Assembly (NCBI RefSeq): GCF_001545095.1
Contig: NZ_CP013213.1
Location: 390,001-422,000, forward strand
Direction of reading: 5' to 3'
Source: Erysipelothrix larvae
Lineage (GTDB): Bacteria; Bacillota_I; Bacilli_A; Erysipelotrichales; Erysipelotrichaceae
DNA: 32,000 bases
Each line of letters begins with the position of its first letter. Within the stretch, counting starts at the first letter, position 1. The position numbers and the translations under genes are program-made. Positions 14,908-23,316 of this stretch are shown one piece after another. The notes under the pieces were generated by a model, which made no database searches, was not told where the DNA came from, and saw nothing but the letters and a program-made list of their open reading frames with translations.

Positions 14908-16233
14908 ATGGGGAAATATTTTGGAACAGATGGAATTCGTGGTAAAGCGAATGGGAAATTAACACCTGAATTGGCTTTAAAAGTCGGTCAGTATTTAGGA
15001 TATGTATACAGAGGGAAGCGTGTTCTTATTGGACAAGACACACGCTTGTCCTCATCAATGCTTGCAAGTGCTCTTGCAGCTGGAATCACTTCAATGGGTG
15101 CGGATGCATACCAATTGGGTGTTTGTGCAACACCAGCTCTAGCATATACTGTGAAGCATGAAACATTTGAAGCAGGTGTCATGATTTCTGCAAGTCATAA
15201 TCCATTTGAGGATAATGGTCTAAAAGTATTCTCACATCAAGGAACAAAGATTGACGATACGCTTGAAGGACATATTGAAGCGTACATCGATGGTGAAGAA
15301 ACCCTTGAATTTGCTTCCCCAAAAGAGATTGGAATTGTCGTAGATTACAAACAAGGAATGAATGCATACCGTGCATACCTTGAAGCGATTATTCATAACC
15401 GTTTTGATGATTTAAAAGTAGCGCTTGACCTTGCGAATGGTTCTGCAGTTTCATCAGCAAAACAAGTATTTGAAGCATGCGGTGCTACCGTATTCGTAAT
15501 GAATGATCAACCCGATGGTGTCAACATCAACGTTGATGCAGGATCAACCCATCCAGAAAAACTTCAAGCATTTGTAGTTGAAAAAGGATGCGATGTCGGA
15601 TTTGCCTTTGATGGCGATGCAGACCGTTGTTTAGCAGTTGACCACACAGGAACCCTTATTGATGGGGATAATATTCTATATGCATTTGGTGTCTTCATGA
15701 AACGTGAAGGTTCATTAAATGACAATACAGTTGTCGCAACTGTAATGGCTAATTTAGGCTTTACCCGTTCACTTGAAAAAGCGGGAATCCACATGCTCGC
15801 AACCCAAGTGGGTGATAAATATGTGTATCAAAAAATGGTAGAAGGAGATTATAGTTTAGGTGGCGAACAATCCGGACATATCATCTTACGTGATTATGCA
15901 ACAACAGGGGATGGTGTTCTTACAGCACTTAAACTCGCGCAAGTCATGGTTCATGAAAACAAGTCATTGCATGACCTTGTAGCTCCATGCATGCGTTTCC
16001 CACAACTCCTTAAGAATGTACCAGTTGCATCGAAGGAAGTGTTTATGTCGCATCCACTTGTGCTTAAAGAACTCGAAGTGATTACTGAAGCATTGGGTGA
16101 TGAAGGTAGAATCCTTGTACGTCCTTCTGGAACTGAAGAATTAGTTCGCGTCATGGTAGAGGCGAAAACCGATGAGTTGTGTCATCAATATGTGGAGCAG
16201 ATGATTCAAGTCATTGAGTCGATAAAGATGTAG
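14908..16233 (+). CDS. glmM: Phosphoglucosamine mutase
   Basis: ATG 14908 with SD AAAGAGG 8 nt upstream. MGKYFGTDGIRG N-terminus, active-site SASHNP, GEQSGH. Conserved cdaA-cdaR-glmM synteny. Confidence 0.93.
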   Translation: MGKYFGTDGIRGKANGKLTPELALKVGQYLGYVYRGKRVLIGQDTRLSSSMLASALAAGITSMGADAYQLGVCATPALAYTVKHETFEAGVMISASHNPFEDNGLKVFSHQGTKIDDTLEGHIEAYIDGEETLEFASPKEIGIVVDYKQGMNAYRAYLEAIIHNRFDDLKVALDLANGSAVSSAKQVFEACGATVFVMNDQPDGVNINVDAGSTHPEKLQAFVVEKGCDVGFAFDGDADRCLAVDHTGTLIDGDNILYAFGVFMKREGSLNDNTVVATVMANLGFTRSLEKAGIHMLATQVGDKYVYQKMVEGDYSLGGEQSGHIILRDYATTGDGVLTALKLAQVMVHENKSLHDLVAPCMRFPQLLKNVPVASKEVFMSHPLVLKELEVITEALGDEGRILVRPSGTEELVRVMVEAKTDELCHQYVEQMIQVIESIKM

Positions 16234-16241
16234 GTGATGTT

Positions 16242-16898
16242 ATGAAATACGTTATCAATGTTGTGGAAGATGAAAGAGACTTAAATGAACTTGTTAAAAG
16301 TTATTTAGAGAAAGCAGGCTATGAAGTGCGTTCTTATATAACTTATGATGAGGCAAATGCCCATGTTCAAGATGAAGATGTGCATTTGTGGATTTTAGAT
16401 ATCATGCTCGATGATAAAAGTGGGTTTGACTTAATCGAGCGAATTCGTAGTGTTTCAAAGTCTACGCCAGTAGTCTTTATGTCTGCGCGTGATAAAGAGT
16501 TTGACCGAATTATTGGTCTTGAAAAAGGAAGTGATGATTACATCACCAAACCGTTTTCTCCAAAAGAACTTGTGCTTCGCGTCAACAACATTATTAAGCG
16601 TGTTTATAAGCAAGATGTTCAAGTTGAAGTTGATGGTTATATTATTGACGAAAAACAACGTAAAGCCCTTAAAGATGGGGAAGAACTTGAATTAACTACC
16701 AAGGAATTTGATTTATTGATGATGTTTGTGAAGAACCGTGGTGTTGCCTTTACGCGTGAACAAATTCTTGTTCATGTGTGGGAAACCAACTACTTCGGTT
16801 CAGATCGTGTTGTAGATGATACACTCAGACGTCTTCGTAAAAAGATGCCAGGCCTTAATATCCAAACAATTTATGGCTTTGGATATCGTTTAGGATGA
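16242..16898 (+). CDS. OmpR/PhoB-family response regulator
   Basis: Receiver domain (VEDE..., LWILDIML phospho-acceptor Asp, KPF) plus a winged-helix output domain (LTTKEFDLLMMF, GFGYRLG). It starts 8 nt after the glmM stop. Confidence 0.9.
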   Translation: MKYVINVVEDERDLNELVKSYLEKAGYEVRSYITYDEANAHVQDEDVHLWILDIMLDDKSGFDLIERIRSVSKSTPVVFMSARDKEFDRIIGLEKGSDDYITKPFSPKELVLRVNNIIKRVYKQDVQVEVDGYIIDEKQRKALKDGEELELTTKEFDLLMMFVKNRGVAFTREQILVHVWETNYFGSDRVVDDTLRRLRKKMPGLNIQTIYGFGYRLG

Positions 16899-18238
16899 GT
16901 AAATTCAAAAACTGGGTTCGTAATCTGTCACTTGCACAACAATTATTTGTGATTGTTGTTTTTGTGATGTCCTTCCTCTTTGTATTTTTCTTTGGCGTGT
17001 TATCGGTCAGTGTGGATGAATTTGTAAAGTCACAAATGAGCTATATGCTACACCATGCTCAAGATACTGTGATCGAAAACTACAAAATGGGACTGGGAAA
17101 AGAGAATGTATTTGGGGTGCGTGATGATTCAATTACCCACATTATTCAAAAGAAAGATGGGACCTTATGGTTTTCATCCGATGATGCAATGGAAGAAATT
17201 GATACAACTTTACTCCAACAACTTGTCATCCAAATGAATGCAATTGAGTTGTATGATCGCATTAACTATACCAGTGGAACTCAAAACTTAATTGCGATTC
17301 AAAATATTGATAAAGAAGCAACCATTGCTTCAATCATGTCGATTCAGTATCAAAACAATTTTAAACGGGCACTTTTAAATAGTTTTGTGTATTTAATCAT
17401 GGTTACCATGAGTGTGCTTTTTGTACTCTTAGTTTTATGGATGAGTACCATCATTCACCCGTTGAATCAGATTAAAGACTATATTGAAAAGATCAAACAA
17501 CAAAAAAAGGCAACGCTGCGTATTGACCGTGGGGATGAGATTGGAGCGGTTGCTAATGCGCTTGTCGAGATGAATGAAGAAATTCAACGACAACAAGCAC
17601 AAAAAGAAGAAATGCTACAGAATATTTCCCATGATTTAAAGACACCTGTTGCGACCATTAAATCATACAGTGAAGCCATCAAAGACGGAATCTATCCTTA
17701 TGAGACCTTAGAGAAGTCTGTCGATGTGATTTTAGAACATGCCAATCGACTTGAAAAGAAAGTGTATAATCTGTTGATGTTGAATCGTATGGATTATATG
17801 ACCAATGAACAAATTAAATCCAATGAGAAGTTACACCTTGCTCCCATTGTGGAACAAGTGATTGTATCATCCAAACAAATACGCCCTGAAATTGACTTGA
17901 AGTTAGAATTAAAAGGGGATGATTTATTTGTAGGCCAAGAAGAACCATGGCGTGTAGTGATAGAGAATTTATTGGACAATGCCCTTCGCTATAGTGAAAC
18001 ATGCATTGTGATTACCATAAATTCAAATGAATTAAGAGTTTACAATGACGGAAAAGGCGTGGATCCAAATCGGATTCAACAGCTCTTTAAACCGTATGAA
18101 AAGGGGGAGCAAGGCCAGTTTGGTCTTGGATTGGCAATTGTTTATCGTGTCGTAACAAACTATGGTTATTCAATTTCTGTTCAAAACGAAGATCGTGGCG
18201 TTTGCTTTACCATTAAAAGGAAAGAAGGAAAAAAATGA
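16895..18238 (+). CDS. Sensor histidine kinase (2 TM, HAMP, HisKA, HATPase_c)
   Basis: ATGA overlap with the response-regulator stop. H-box ISHDLKTPVATIKSY, N-box ENLLDNALRY, G-box GLGLAIV. Two hydrophobic helices flank a domain of about 130 aa outside the membrane. Confidence 0.9.
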   Translation: MSKFKNWVRNLSLAQQLFVIVVFVMSFLFVFFFGVLSVSVDEFVKSQMSYMLHHAQDTVIENYKMGLGKENVFGVRDDSITHIIQKKDGTLWFSSDDAMEEIDTTLLQQLVIQMNAIELYDRINYTSGTQNLIAIQNIDKEATIASIMSIQYQNNFKRALLNSFVYLIMVTMSVLFVLLVLWMSTIIHPLNQIKDYIEKIKQQKKATLRIDRGDEIGAVANALVEMNEEIQRQQAQKEEMLQNISHDLKTPVATIKSYSEAIKDGIYPYETLEKSVDVILEHANRLEKKVYNLLMLNRMDYMTNEQIKSNEKLHLAPIVEQVIVSSKQIRPEIDLKLELKGDDLFVGQEEPWRVVIENLLDNALRYSETCIVITINSNELRVYNDGKGVDPNRIQQLFKPYEKGEQGQFGLGLAIVYRVVTNYGYSISVQNEDRGVCFTIKRKEGKK

Positions 18239-18957
18239 AAAGCACTAAAGAACAGCATCTTGCCGTTTTGATTGATGCAGAAAATGTTCCACATGCAAAC
18301 ATCGCAGGTATTTTGGAAGAAATTGCACGTTATGGAACACCAACTATCAAACGAATTTACGGAGATTGGACACGACAAAGCGCTTCAGGGTGGAAACAAC
18401 ACCTCTTGGAGAATGCCATCACACCAATCCAACAATACGCATATACCACTGGTAAGAACTCATCAGATTCTGCGATGATAATTGACGCAATGGACTTGCT
18501 TTATGAAGGCAATGTCGAGCGCTTCTGCATCATCTCCAGTGATTCAGACTTTACCCGTCTTGCGGTGCGCTTACGCGAATCAGGACGCTATGTAATCGGC
18601 ATTGGCGAACGAAAGACACCCAGTGCATTTATCGTTGCGTGTGATAAGTTCATCTATATGGACCTTATTGAAATGAAAACACCAACACAAGAACAAGACT
18701 TACAAGTTTCTAAGAAAAAACTCAGTGATTTAAAGCATTTGGTTGAGTCATCCATTAATGACCTAGCAGATGATAATGGTTATGTGTTTATGGGTGATCT
18801 GGGGAATTTATTAATGAAGAAACGTCCGGATTTCGACCCTCGTGATTATGGTTTCTATCAATTAACACAATTGTTAAAAGCGATGAAACTATTTGACATT
18901 GACGAAAGAAGGGTAGAAAATAGTAACGTAAAACACGTATATATACGTAATCGATGA
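18235..18957 (+). CDS. NYN-domain (LabA/DUF88-like) protein with C-terminal OST-HTH/LOTUS domain
   Basis: ATGA overlap with the kinase stop. LAVLIDAENV ... IYGDW ... NSSDSAMIIDAMD ... IISSDSDFTRLAVRLRESG is the NYN/PIN-like acidic-residue pattern. The C-terminal GYVFMGDLGNLLMKKRPDFDPRDYGFYQLTQLLKAM resembles OST-HTH. Confidence 0.8.
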   Translation: MKSTKEQHLAVLIDAENVPHANIAGILEEIARYGTPTIKRIYGDWTRQSASGWKQHLLENAITPIQQYAYTTGKNSSDSAMIIDAMDLLYEGNVERFCIISSDSDFTRLAVRLRESGRYVIGIGERKTPSAFIVACDKFIYMDLIEMKTPTQEQDLQVSKKKLSDLKHLVESSINDLADDNGYVFMGDLGNLLMKKRPDFDPRDYGFYQLTQLLKAMKLFDIDERRVENSNVKHVYIRNR

Positions 18958-18973
18958 AAAGAGAAGGAATGTT

Positions 18974-19537
18974 ATGAAGAAGAAGTGTGTGTTAGCGAGC
19001 CAGTCGCCCCGTCGACGTGAGTTGATGACGTATTTAGGACTCTCGTTTAGTGTCGTACCATCTAATGTTGAAGAAATATTGGATGGGAATTTATCCATTG
19101 AAAGCCAAATTGAATCCATTGCAGTTCAAAAAGCACGACCGATCTTAGAATCAAATCAAGATCGAGTTGTGATCGGTGCGGATACAGTGGTTGTTCTCGA
19201 TGGAGAAATCTTAGGGAAACCTAAAACAGCAGAAAAAGCTGTTGAGATGTTAAGAAAGCTTTCTGGAAGGACCCATGAAGTCATTACCGGTGTTGCCTTA
19301 TTATCATCAGAAAATGAAGTGATATTCCACAATAAAACCTTCGTGACATTTTATGAATTAAGTGATGAAGAAATAACTCGCTATGTAAACACCAAAGATC
19401 CATTGGATAAAGCGGGGGCTTATTCAATTCAAGGACAAGGTGGATTATTCGTGTCAAAGATTGATGGAGATTTCTACAGTGTGGTTGGGTTACCAATCTC
19501 AAGAATCTACCATGAATTGACACACAACAATTGGTAA
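18974..19537 (+). CDS. maf: Maf-family nucleoside triphosphate pyrophosphatase
   Basis: LASQSPRRRELM N-terminal signature, GADTVV, KAGAYSIQG. 187 aa. Confidence 0.9.
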   Translation: MKKKCVLASQSPRRRELMTYLGLSFSVVPSNVEEILDGNLSIESQIESIAVQKARPILESNQDRVVIGADTVVVLDGEILGKPKTAEKAVEMLRKLSGRTHEVITGVALLSSENEVIFHNKTFVTFYELSDEEITRYVNTKDPLDKAGAYSIQGQGGLFVSKIDGDFYSVVGLPISRIYHELTHNNW

Positions 19538-19542
19538 ATATG

Positions 19543-19577
19543 AAAAGTCGCTCTTAATATGAAGAGCGATTTTTTTA
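19543..19577 (+). terminator. Intrinsic terminator after maf (A-run upstream, possibly bidirectional)
   Basis: TCGCTCTT (19548-19555) / AAGAGCGA (19562-19569), 6-nt loop, TTTTTTT at 19570-19576. This is the first terminator seen after the cdaA promoter region. Confidence 0.8.
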
Positions 19578-19711
19578 AAAGTTGAACCAGTTAAAGGGAT
19601 GAAACGAAATGAAATGTTAAGATTTACGAAAATTATCCAATGCATTACCCACCGCATGATCATAAGATTCTTCGAATACCCAACAATCATGAACTTTAAG
19701 ACAAATAGTAG

Positions 19712-20623
19712 CTAATGTGAACATAACACTGCGAACACAACGTTGATGTGTTCGTAATATTGGTTCAGTTCCTGATAGAGGTCAGTGTTCTTAAAGGGTA
19801 AGGCTTCTATTGTTTTGATGAGCGAAGGATCCAGATAAACAAAGACTTTAAGTTTCATGCCTTGTTTATAAATATCTATCTTAGAGATGTGCGCAAACCC
19901 TTTAAGGTGTTTTTGAAGGATCAATCGAATCCGTTCAATGATTTCAGGGTTTAAGCTAATCGACCCGGAGAGTTCTTTGAAAGACGAAATGAGCAGCGAT
20001 ATGGGTTGTTTTATTGAAATCATGGATAATGTCAGGGTCATGAAGAAATCCCCTGTATAGTGTAAAAAACCAAAGGATGAGTCCACGGGTATAAGACTGA
20101 GCAACCCAACAGCAAGACCTACACCCAATGATTGCAATCCATCCATGAAGTTAGTTCGCGATTCTGCTTCAAGAATCATGCTAATTCCACCGATCTTCTT
20201 GTTTTGTTTCATGTTGAAATAACTCAAAGTAAAACACATTATGACCATTAAGATGGCGTATGGAAGGACTGGACCGAGTATAAGCGTATCACCCCTACCA
20301 AACCTAAAATAATCCAGTGCACTTGTAGCAGTATTAACAACCGAAACCCCCAAAAGTCCAAGTGTAAGTAAGGACTTAACAAGCGCATATAAGGGTTCTA
20401 AGAAGTACAGACCATCGGGGTAACTTTTCGTGGTGTGTTTACTGATTTTGGAAATATAGATTGCTGCAATCGATGAGGCTAATGCAATGAAAGAGAAGAA
20501 GAAATCAAGAAAAAGTGCTTGAATTTGTGTTTGAGTATATACCCAAAACCCTGCAGCTGCAATCAGGGCATTGAAAAGGATGCTGATTAATAGGGCTTGA
20601 TGTTCTATTTTCTTTTGAGTCAT
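19712..20623 (-). CDS. Cation-diffusion-facilitator-like membrane transporter
   Basis: Minus-strand ATG with SD GGAGG. Six predicted TM helices followed by a soluble C-terminal domain of about 80 aa. The layout and the PDGLYFLEPLYAL segment resemble the CDF (PF01545) TM2-TM3 region. The usual H/D metal ligands in TM2 are replaced (FLDFFFSF). Confidence 0.5.
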   Translation of the reverse strand: MTQKKIEHQALLISILFNALIAAAGFWVYTQTQIQALFLDFFFSFIALASSIAAIYISKISKHTTKSYPDGLYFLEPLYALVKSLLTLGLLGVSVVNTATSALDYFRFGRGDTLILGPVLPYAILMVIMCFTLSYFNMKQNKKIGGISMILEAESRTNFMDGLQSLGVGLAVGLLSLIPVDSSFGFLHYTGDFFMTLTLSMISIKQPISLLISSFKELSGSISLNPEIIERIRLILQKHLKGFAHISKIDIYKQGMKLKVFVYLDPSLIKTIEALPFKNTDLYQELNQYYEHINVVFAVLCSH

Positions 20624-20660
20624 TGAATACCTCCACTTGTATTTAACACATAATTATATA

Positions 20661-20683
20661 ATAATAGACATAGAGTCTATTAT
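20661..20683. promoter_or_regulatory. Perfect 9-5-9 inverted repeat, candidate TetR operator in the divergent intergenic region
   Basis: ATAATAGAC (20661-20669) - ATAGA - GTCTATTAT (20675-20683). It lies between the CDF-like gene (-) and the TetR gene (+). Confidence 0.5.
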
Positions 20684-20756
20684 CTACAATCAATGTTGGC
20701 AGAAATGTCGCCTAAACGACAGATTACATGATAATGTCTATGAAGGAGTCAAAATA

Positions 20757-21326
20757 ATGAACCAAAATGATCGAAGGGTTAGAAAAACCAGAGCAGCACT
20801 AAAACACGCACTGATAACACTTATGGATACACATCCCATCAATACCATTACGATCAAGATGTTAGTGCATGAAGCGGATGTCCATCGGGCAACCTTTTAT
20901 ACACATTACCAAGATATCTATGATTTATATACAGATATTGAAACCGAAATCATCAACACCTTGAAACAGACAATAACATCCAATGATGTCTATAACACAT
21001 CGGATTTGTATCAAGTGCTTATTGATATGATTCATGCGAATAAACAGGTGTTTTGTGCACTCCTATCAGATCAAAATGAGTATTCATTTCTCAGTAAAAT
21101 GGCACCAATTATAGAAGCCAGTTATCTACAGTTTTGGACCCAAGAAACCCATCAACCCACTGCGACACAAGCGATGGTCTGTCTCACGAAATATCACATC
21201 AGTGGGTGCATTTCAATGATTACCTTATGGCTTAAAGGACAACTTCCACAAACGATGCATAAAGAAGGACTTGCTGAACTCTTAAATCGGATCAATACTC
21301 ATTTTGAAACCTTAGAACTTCAATAA
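20757..21326 (+). CDS. TetR/AcrR-family transcriptional regulator
   Basis: I prefer ATG 20757 (SD GAAGGAG upstream) over the start at 20637. N-terminal HTH RKTRAALKHALITLM ... ITIKMLVHEADVHRATFYTHYQDIYDL. 189 aa. Confidence 0.85.
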   Translation: MNQNDRRVRKTRAALKHALITLMDTHPINTITIKMLVHEADVHRATFYTHYQDIYDLYTDIETEIINTLKQTITSNDVYNTSDLYQVLIDMIHANKQVFCALLSDQNEYSFLSKMAPIIEASYLQFWTQETHQPTATQAMVCLTKYHISGCISMITLWLKGQLPQTMHKEGLAELLNRINTHFETLELQ

Positions 21327-21403
21327 TGATTCAAATAAAAAATGTTATTCTGTTTATTTGGTGATGGGGAAGATAACTTAATCACAAGGGATTAGGCGAA
21401 AAC

Positions 21404-21430
21404 ATAAAAAAAAAGAACATCGATGTTCTT
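21404..21430 (-). terminator. Intrinsic terminator of the small acidic-protein gene
   Basis: Palindrome AAGAACATCGATGTTCTT (21413-21430). On the minus strand it is followed by a run of 9 T. It abuts the stop codon. Confidence 0.7.
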
Positions 21431-21753
21431 TAGTGTTTAAGAGAATATGAAGCGTTTAATCGAGCGCTTTTTTCTTTCATTTCTTCAAGGACTGTATGTA
21501 CGGTTGTTTCTTCCATGTCTTCAAATCCTTCTTCAAGTTCAGATATTGCATCAAGTATTGATTCCAATTGAGACAAATCAACATCTCTTAATGAATACTC
21601 GTGTTCACTAAAATGCCACGTACGAATTGGATAGTAGTCCAGAATTGCTTCTGAATCACGTTCAACAAAGATTGTATCATACAAATCAAGTGATCCCGAT
21701 TCAAGCGCGTTTTCAATTTCAGCGATGAGTACTGAATAGTTGTAGCCAAACAT
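21430..21753 (-). CDS. Small acidic hypothetical protein (107 aa)
   Basis: Strong SD (TAAGGAGGT) 6 nt upstream of the minus-strand ATG, and its own terminator. Asp/Glu-rich, predicted soluble. I recognise no domain. Confidence 0.65.
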   Translation of the reverse strand: MFGYNYSVLIAEIENALESGSLDLYDTIFVERDSEAILDYYPIRTWHFSEHEYSLRDVDLSQLESILDAISELEEGFEDMEETTVHTVLEEMKEKSARLNASYSLKH

Positions 21754-22157
21754 ACATTGACCTCCTTACATAACTAATGCAAGATACATTTTAACACATT
21801 TCGATGTGTTTTTGTAAATAATGAAATATTGAATAATGAAGTGTGTAAAATTTGCGTGTAGTGACCCCATTGATTGGTTTTATATTCATCCCATTTACAA
21901 TCAATCACTTCATTATACCACTAGGATCTATCGACTTTTATATATTTGGAAAGTGACAATTAAGACGTATACTACGGCACAGGCTCTATTGAAGCATCGA
22001 GAGGATCAACGTGTAGGGGGAACACATTTATTCATTGAAGGTGTAGCAGTTTCTGATTTCTCAAGTCATGATACCATTCACATTGATATTCTGTCTTCAC
22101 CAAATCGTTGGTTGTGGTTTATTGAACCAATTAAGGTTTTCTTCCAATAGGGAATAC

Positions 22158-22192
22158 ATGCCAGTACTCAGCGGATTTACTGGCATTTTTTT
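22158..22192 (+). terminator. Intrinsic terminator closing an ORF-poor + strand region
   Basis: ATGCCAGTA (22158-22166) / TACTGGCAT (22178-22186), 11-nt loop, T-run to 22192. Confidence 0.7.
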
Positions 22193-22264
22193 ATGAGAAA
22201 TGGGGAAGAATTGAAGGGTTAATGAGAATAATATGTCAAAATTGATAAAATATGATGATAGCGC

Positions 22265-22295
22265 TTGACTTGAAGTTAACTCTAAGGTGTAAGAT
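22265..22295 (+). promoter_or_regulatory. MerR-type promoter (19-bp spacer with dyad) upstream of the aldo/keto reductase-MerR operon
   Basis: TTGACT (22265-22270) - 19 nt - TAAGAT (22290-22295). The spacer holds an imperfect dyad, CTTGAAGT (22269-22276) TA ACTCTAAG (22279-22286), with 6 of 8 positions complementary. Confidence 0.55.
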
Positions 22296-22336
22296 AAGGG
22301 TACGTGACCCAAAGGTTATCACGATGGAGGTTGATC

Positions 22337-23314
22337 ATGGAAAAAGTAAAACTTGGGAATACCGATATTATGGTTTCTAAACTGTGTTTAGGATGCATGA
22401 GTTTTGGGAACAAGGATAATGATCCTGGAAATTGGATGTTGAATTATGAAGACAGTGAAGCATTGATTAAGAAGGCACTCGATTTAGGCATTAACTTTTT
22501 TGACACAGCAAATGTTTATTCAAATGGTGTCAGTGAAGAATTTGTTGGGAAGATCTTAAAAAAATATGCGAAGCGTGAAGATGTCGTGATTGCCAGCAAG
22601 GTGTATTTTAACGAAGGCAATCTTTCTAAAGAAGCCATCTTGCGTGAGATTGAAGGGACGTTGAAGCGATTGGATACTGATTACTTAGATCTCTACATCA
22701 TTCACCGTTTTGACTACAACACCCCAATTGAAGAAACCATGGAAACCTTGGACTCACTTGTGAAAAGTGGAAAGGTACGTGCTTTGGGAGCATCTGCAAT
22801 GTATGGGTATCAATTTCAAATGATGCAAAATGTTGCGCTTAAGAATGGGTGGACACCCTTTGTATCCATGCAAAATCACTATAATATGTTGTATCGTGAA
22901 GATGAGCGTGAAATGGTTCCCTATTGTAAACTAACCAATGTGTCTTTAACACCGTATAGTCCACTGGCAGCAGGAAGGTTGTCACGAACACAGTGGCATG
23001 CTAATACCAAACGAACTGAAACGGACGCAATCGCAATCCGTAAGTATGATTCGACAGAAGCAATGGATCGTAAGATTGTTGAACGAGTGCATGAATTGGC
23101 GGATAAATATGGTGTTACAATGACTCAAATATCCCTTGCATGGTTGTTTAGCAAAGGTGTGACTGCACCGATTGTTGGGATTACCAAGATGCATTATTTG
23201 GATGATGCAGTTGGAGCACTTGATGTGAAACTTACGGATGAGGACGTTTCATATCTTGATGAATTATATATACCGCATAAAGTAATGGGCGCAATTAGCC
23301 CAGAAGGGAAATAA
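22337..23314 (+). CDS. Aldo/keto reductase
   Basis: I prefer ATG 22337 (SD GGAGG). LGCMSFG, GINFFDTANVYSNGVSEEFVGK and DLYIIHRFD motifs. 325 aa. Confidence 0.9.
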   Translation: MEKVKLGNTDIMVSKLCLGCMSFGNKDNDPGNWMLNYEDSEALIKKALDLGINFFDTANVYSNGVSEEFVGKILKKYAKREDVVIASKVYFNEGNLSKEAILREIEGTLKRLDTDYLDLYIIHRFDYNTPIEETMETLDSLVKSGKVRALGASAMYGYQFQMMQNVALKNGWTPFVSMQNHYNMLYREDEREMVPYCKLTNVSLTPYSPLAAGRLSRTQWHANTKRTETDAIAIRKYDSTEAMDRKIVERVHELADKYGVTMTQISLAWLFSKGVTAPIVGITKMHYLDDAVGALDVKLTDEDVSYLDELYIPHKVMGAISPEGK

Positions 23315-23316
23315 GT

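Noticed and set aside
14553-16154. Minus-strand ORFs inside cdaR and glmM (14553-14765, 14988-15182, 15179-15376, 15564-15794, 15951-16154)
   Set aside because: They are antisense to conserved genes and have no independent signals.
16455-16695. ORFs 16455-16658 (-) and 16489-16695 (+, alternative frame) within the response-regulator gene
   Set aside because: They overlap a gene with clear receiver and winged-helix motifs. Their low-complexity translations are implausible.
17794-18478. ORFs 17794-17979 (-), 17814-18002 (-), 18181-18378 (-) and 18272-18478 (+)
   Set aside because: They are embedded in, or out of frame with, the histidine kinase and NYN genes. They have no SD.
18889-19690. Minus-strand ORFs 18889-19119, 19284-19523 and 19499-19690
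   Set aside because: The first two are antisense to the NYN and maf genes. The last spans the maf terminator and the AT-rich spacer without an SD.
20637-20756. Long N-terminal extension of the TetR ORF starting at 20637
   Set aside because: The extension would read through the divergent promoter and operator region. ATG 20757 has a GAAGGAG SD and gives a standard-length TetR protein.
21836-22150. 104-aa + strand ORF
   Set aside because: It has no SD and an unusual W/Y/H/C-rich composition. It was not called as a CDS. The region is kept as a finding because a strong terminator follows it.
22097-22312. 71-aa minus-strand ORF
   Set aside because: It crosses the + strand terminator and the MerR-type promoter, and has no SD.
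22304-22336. Upstream start at 22304 for the aldo/keto reductase
   Set aside because: ATG 22337 has a GGAGG SD and yields the usual MEKVKLG-type N-terminus.
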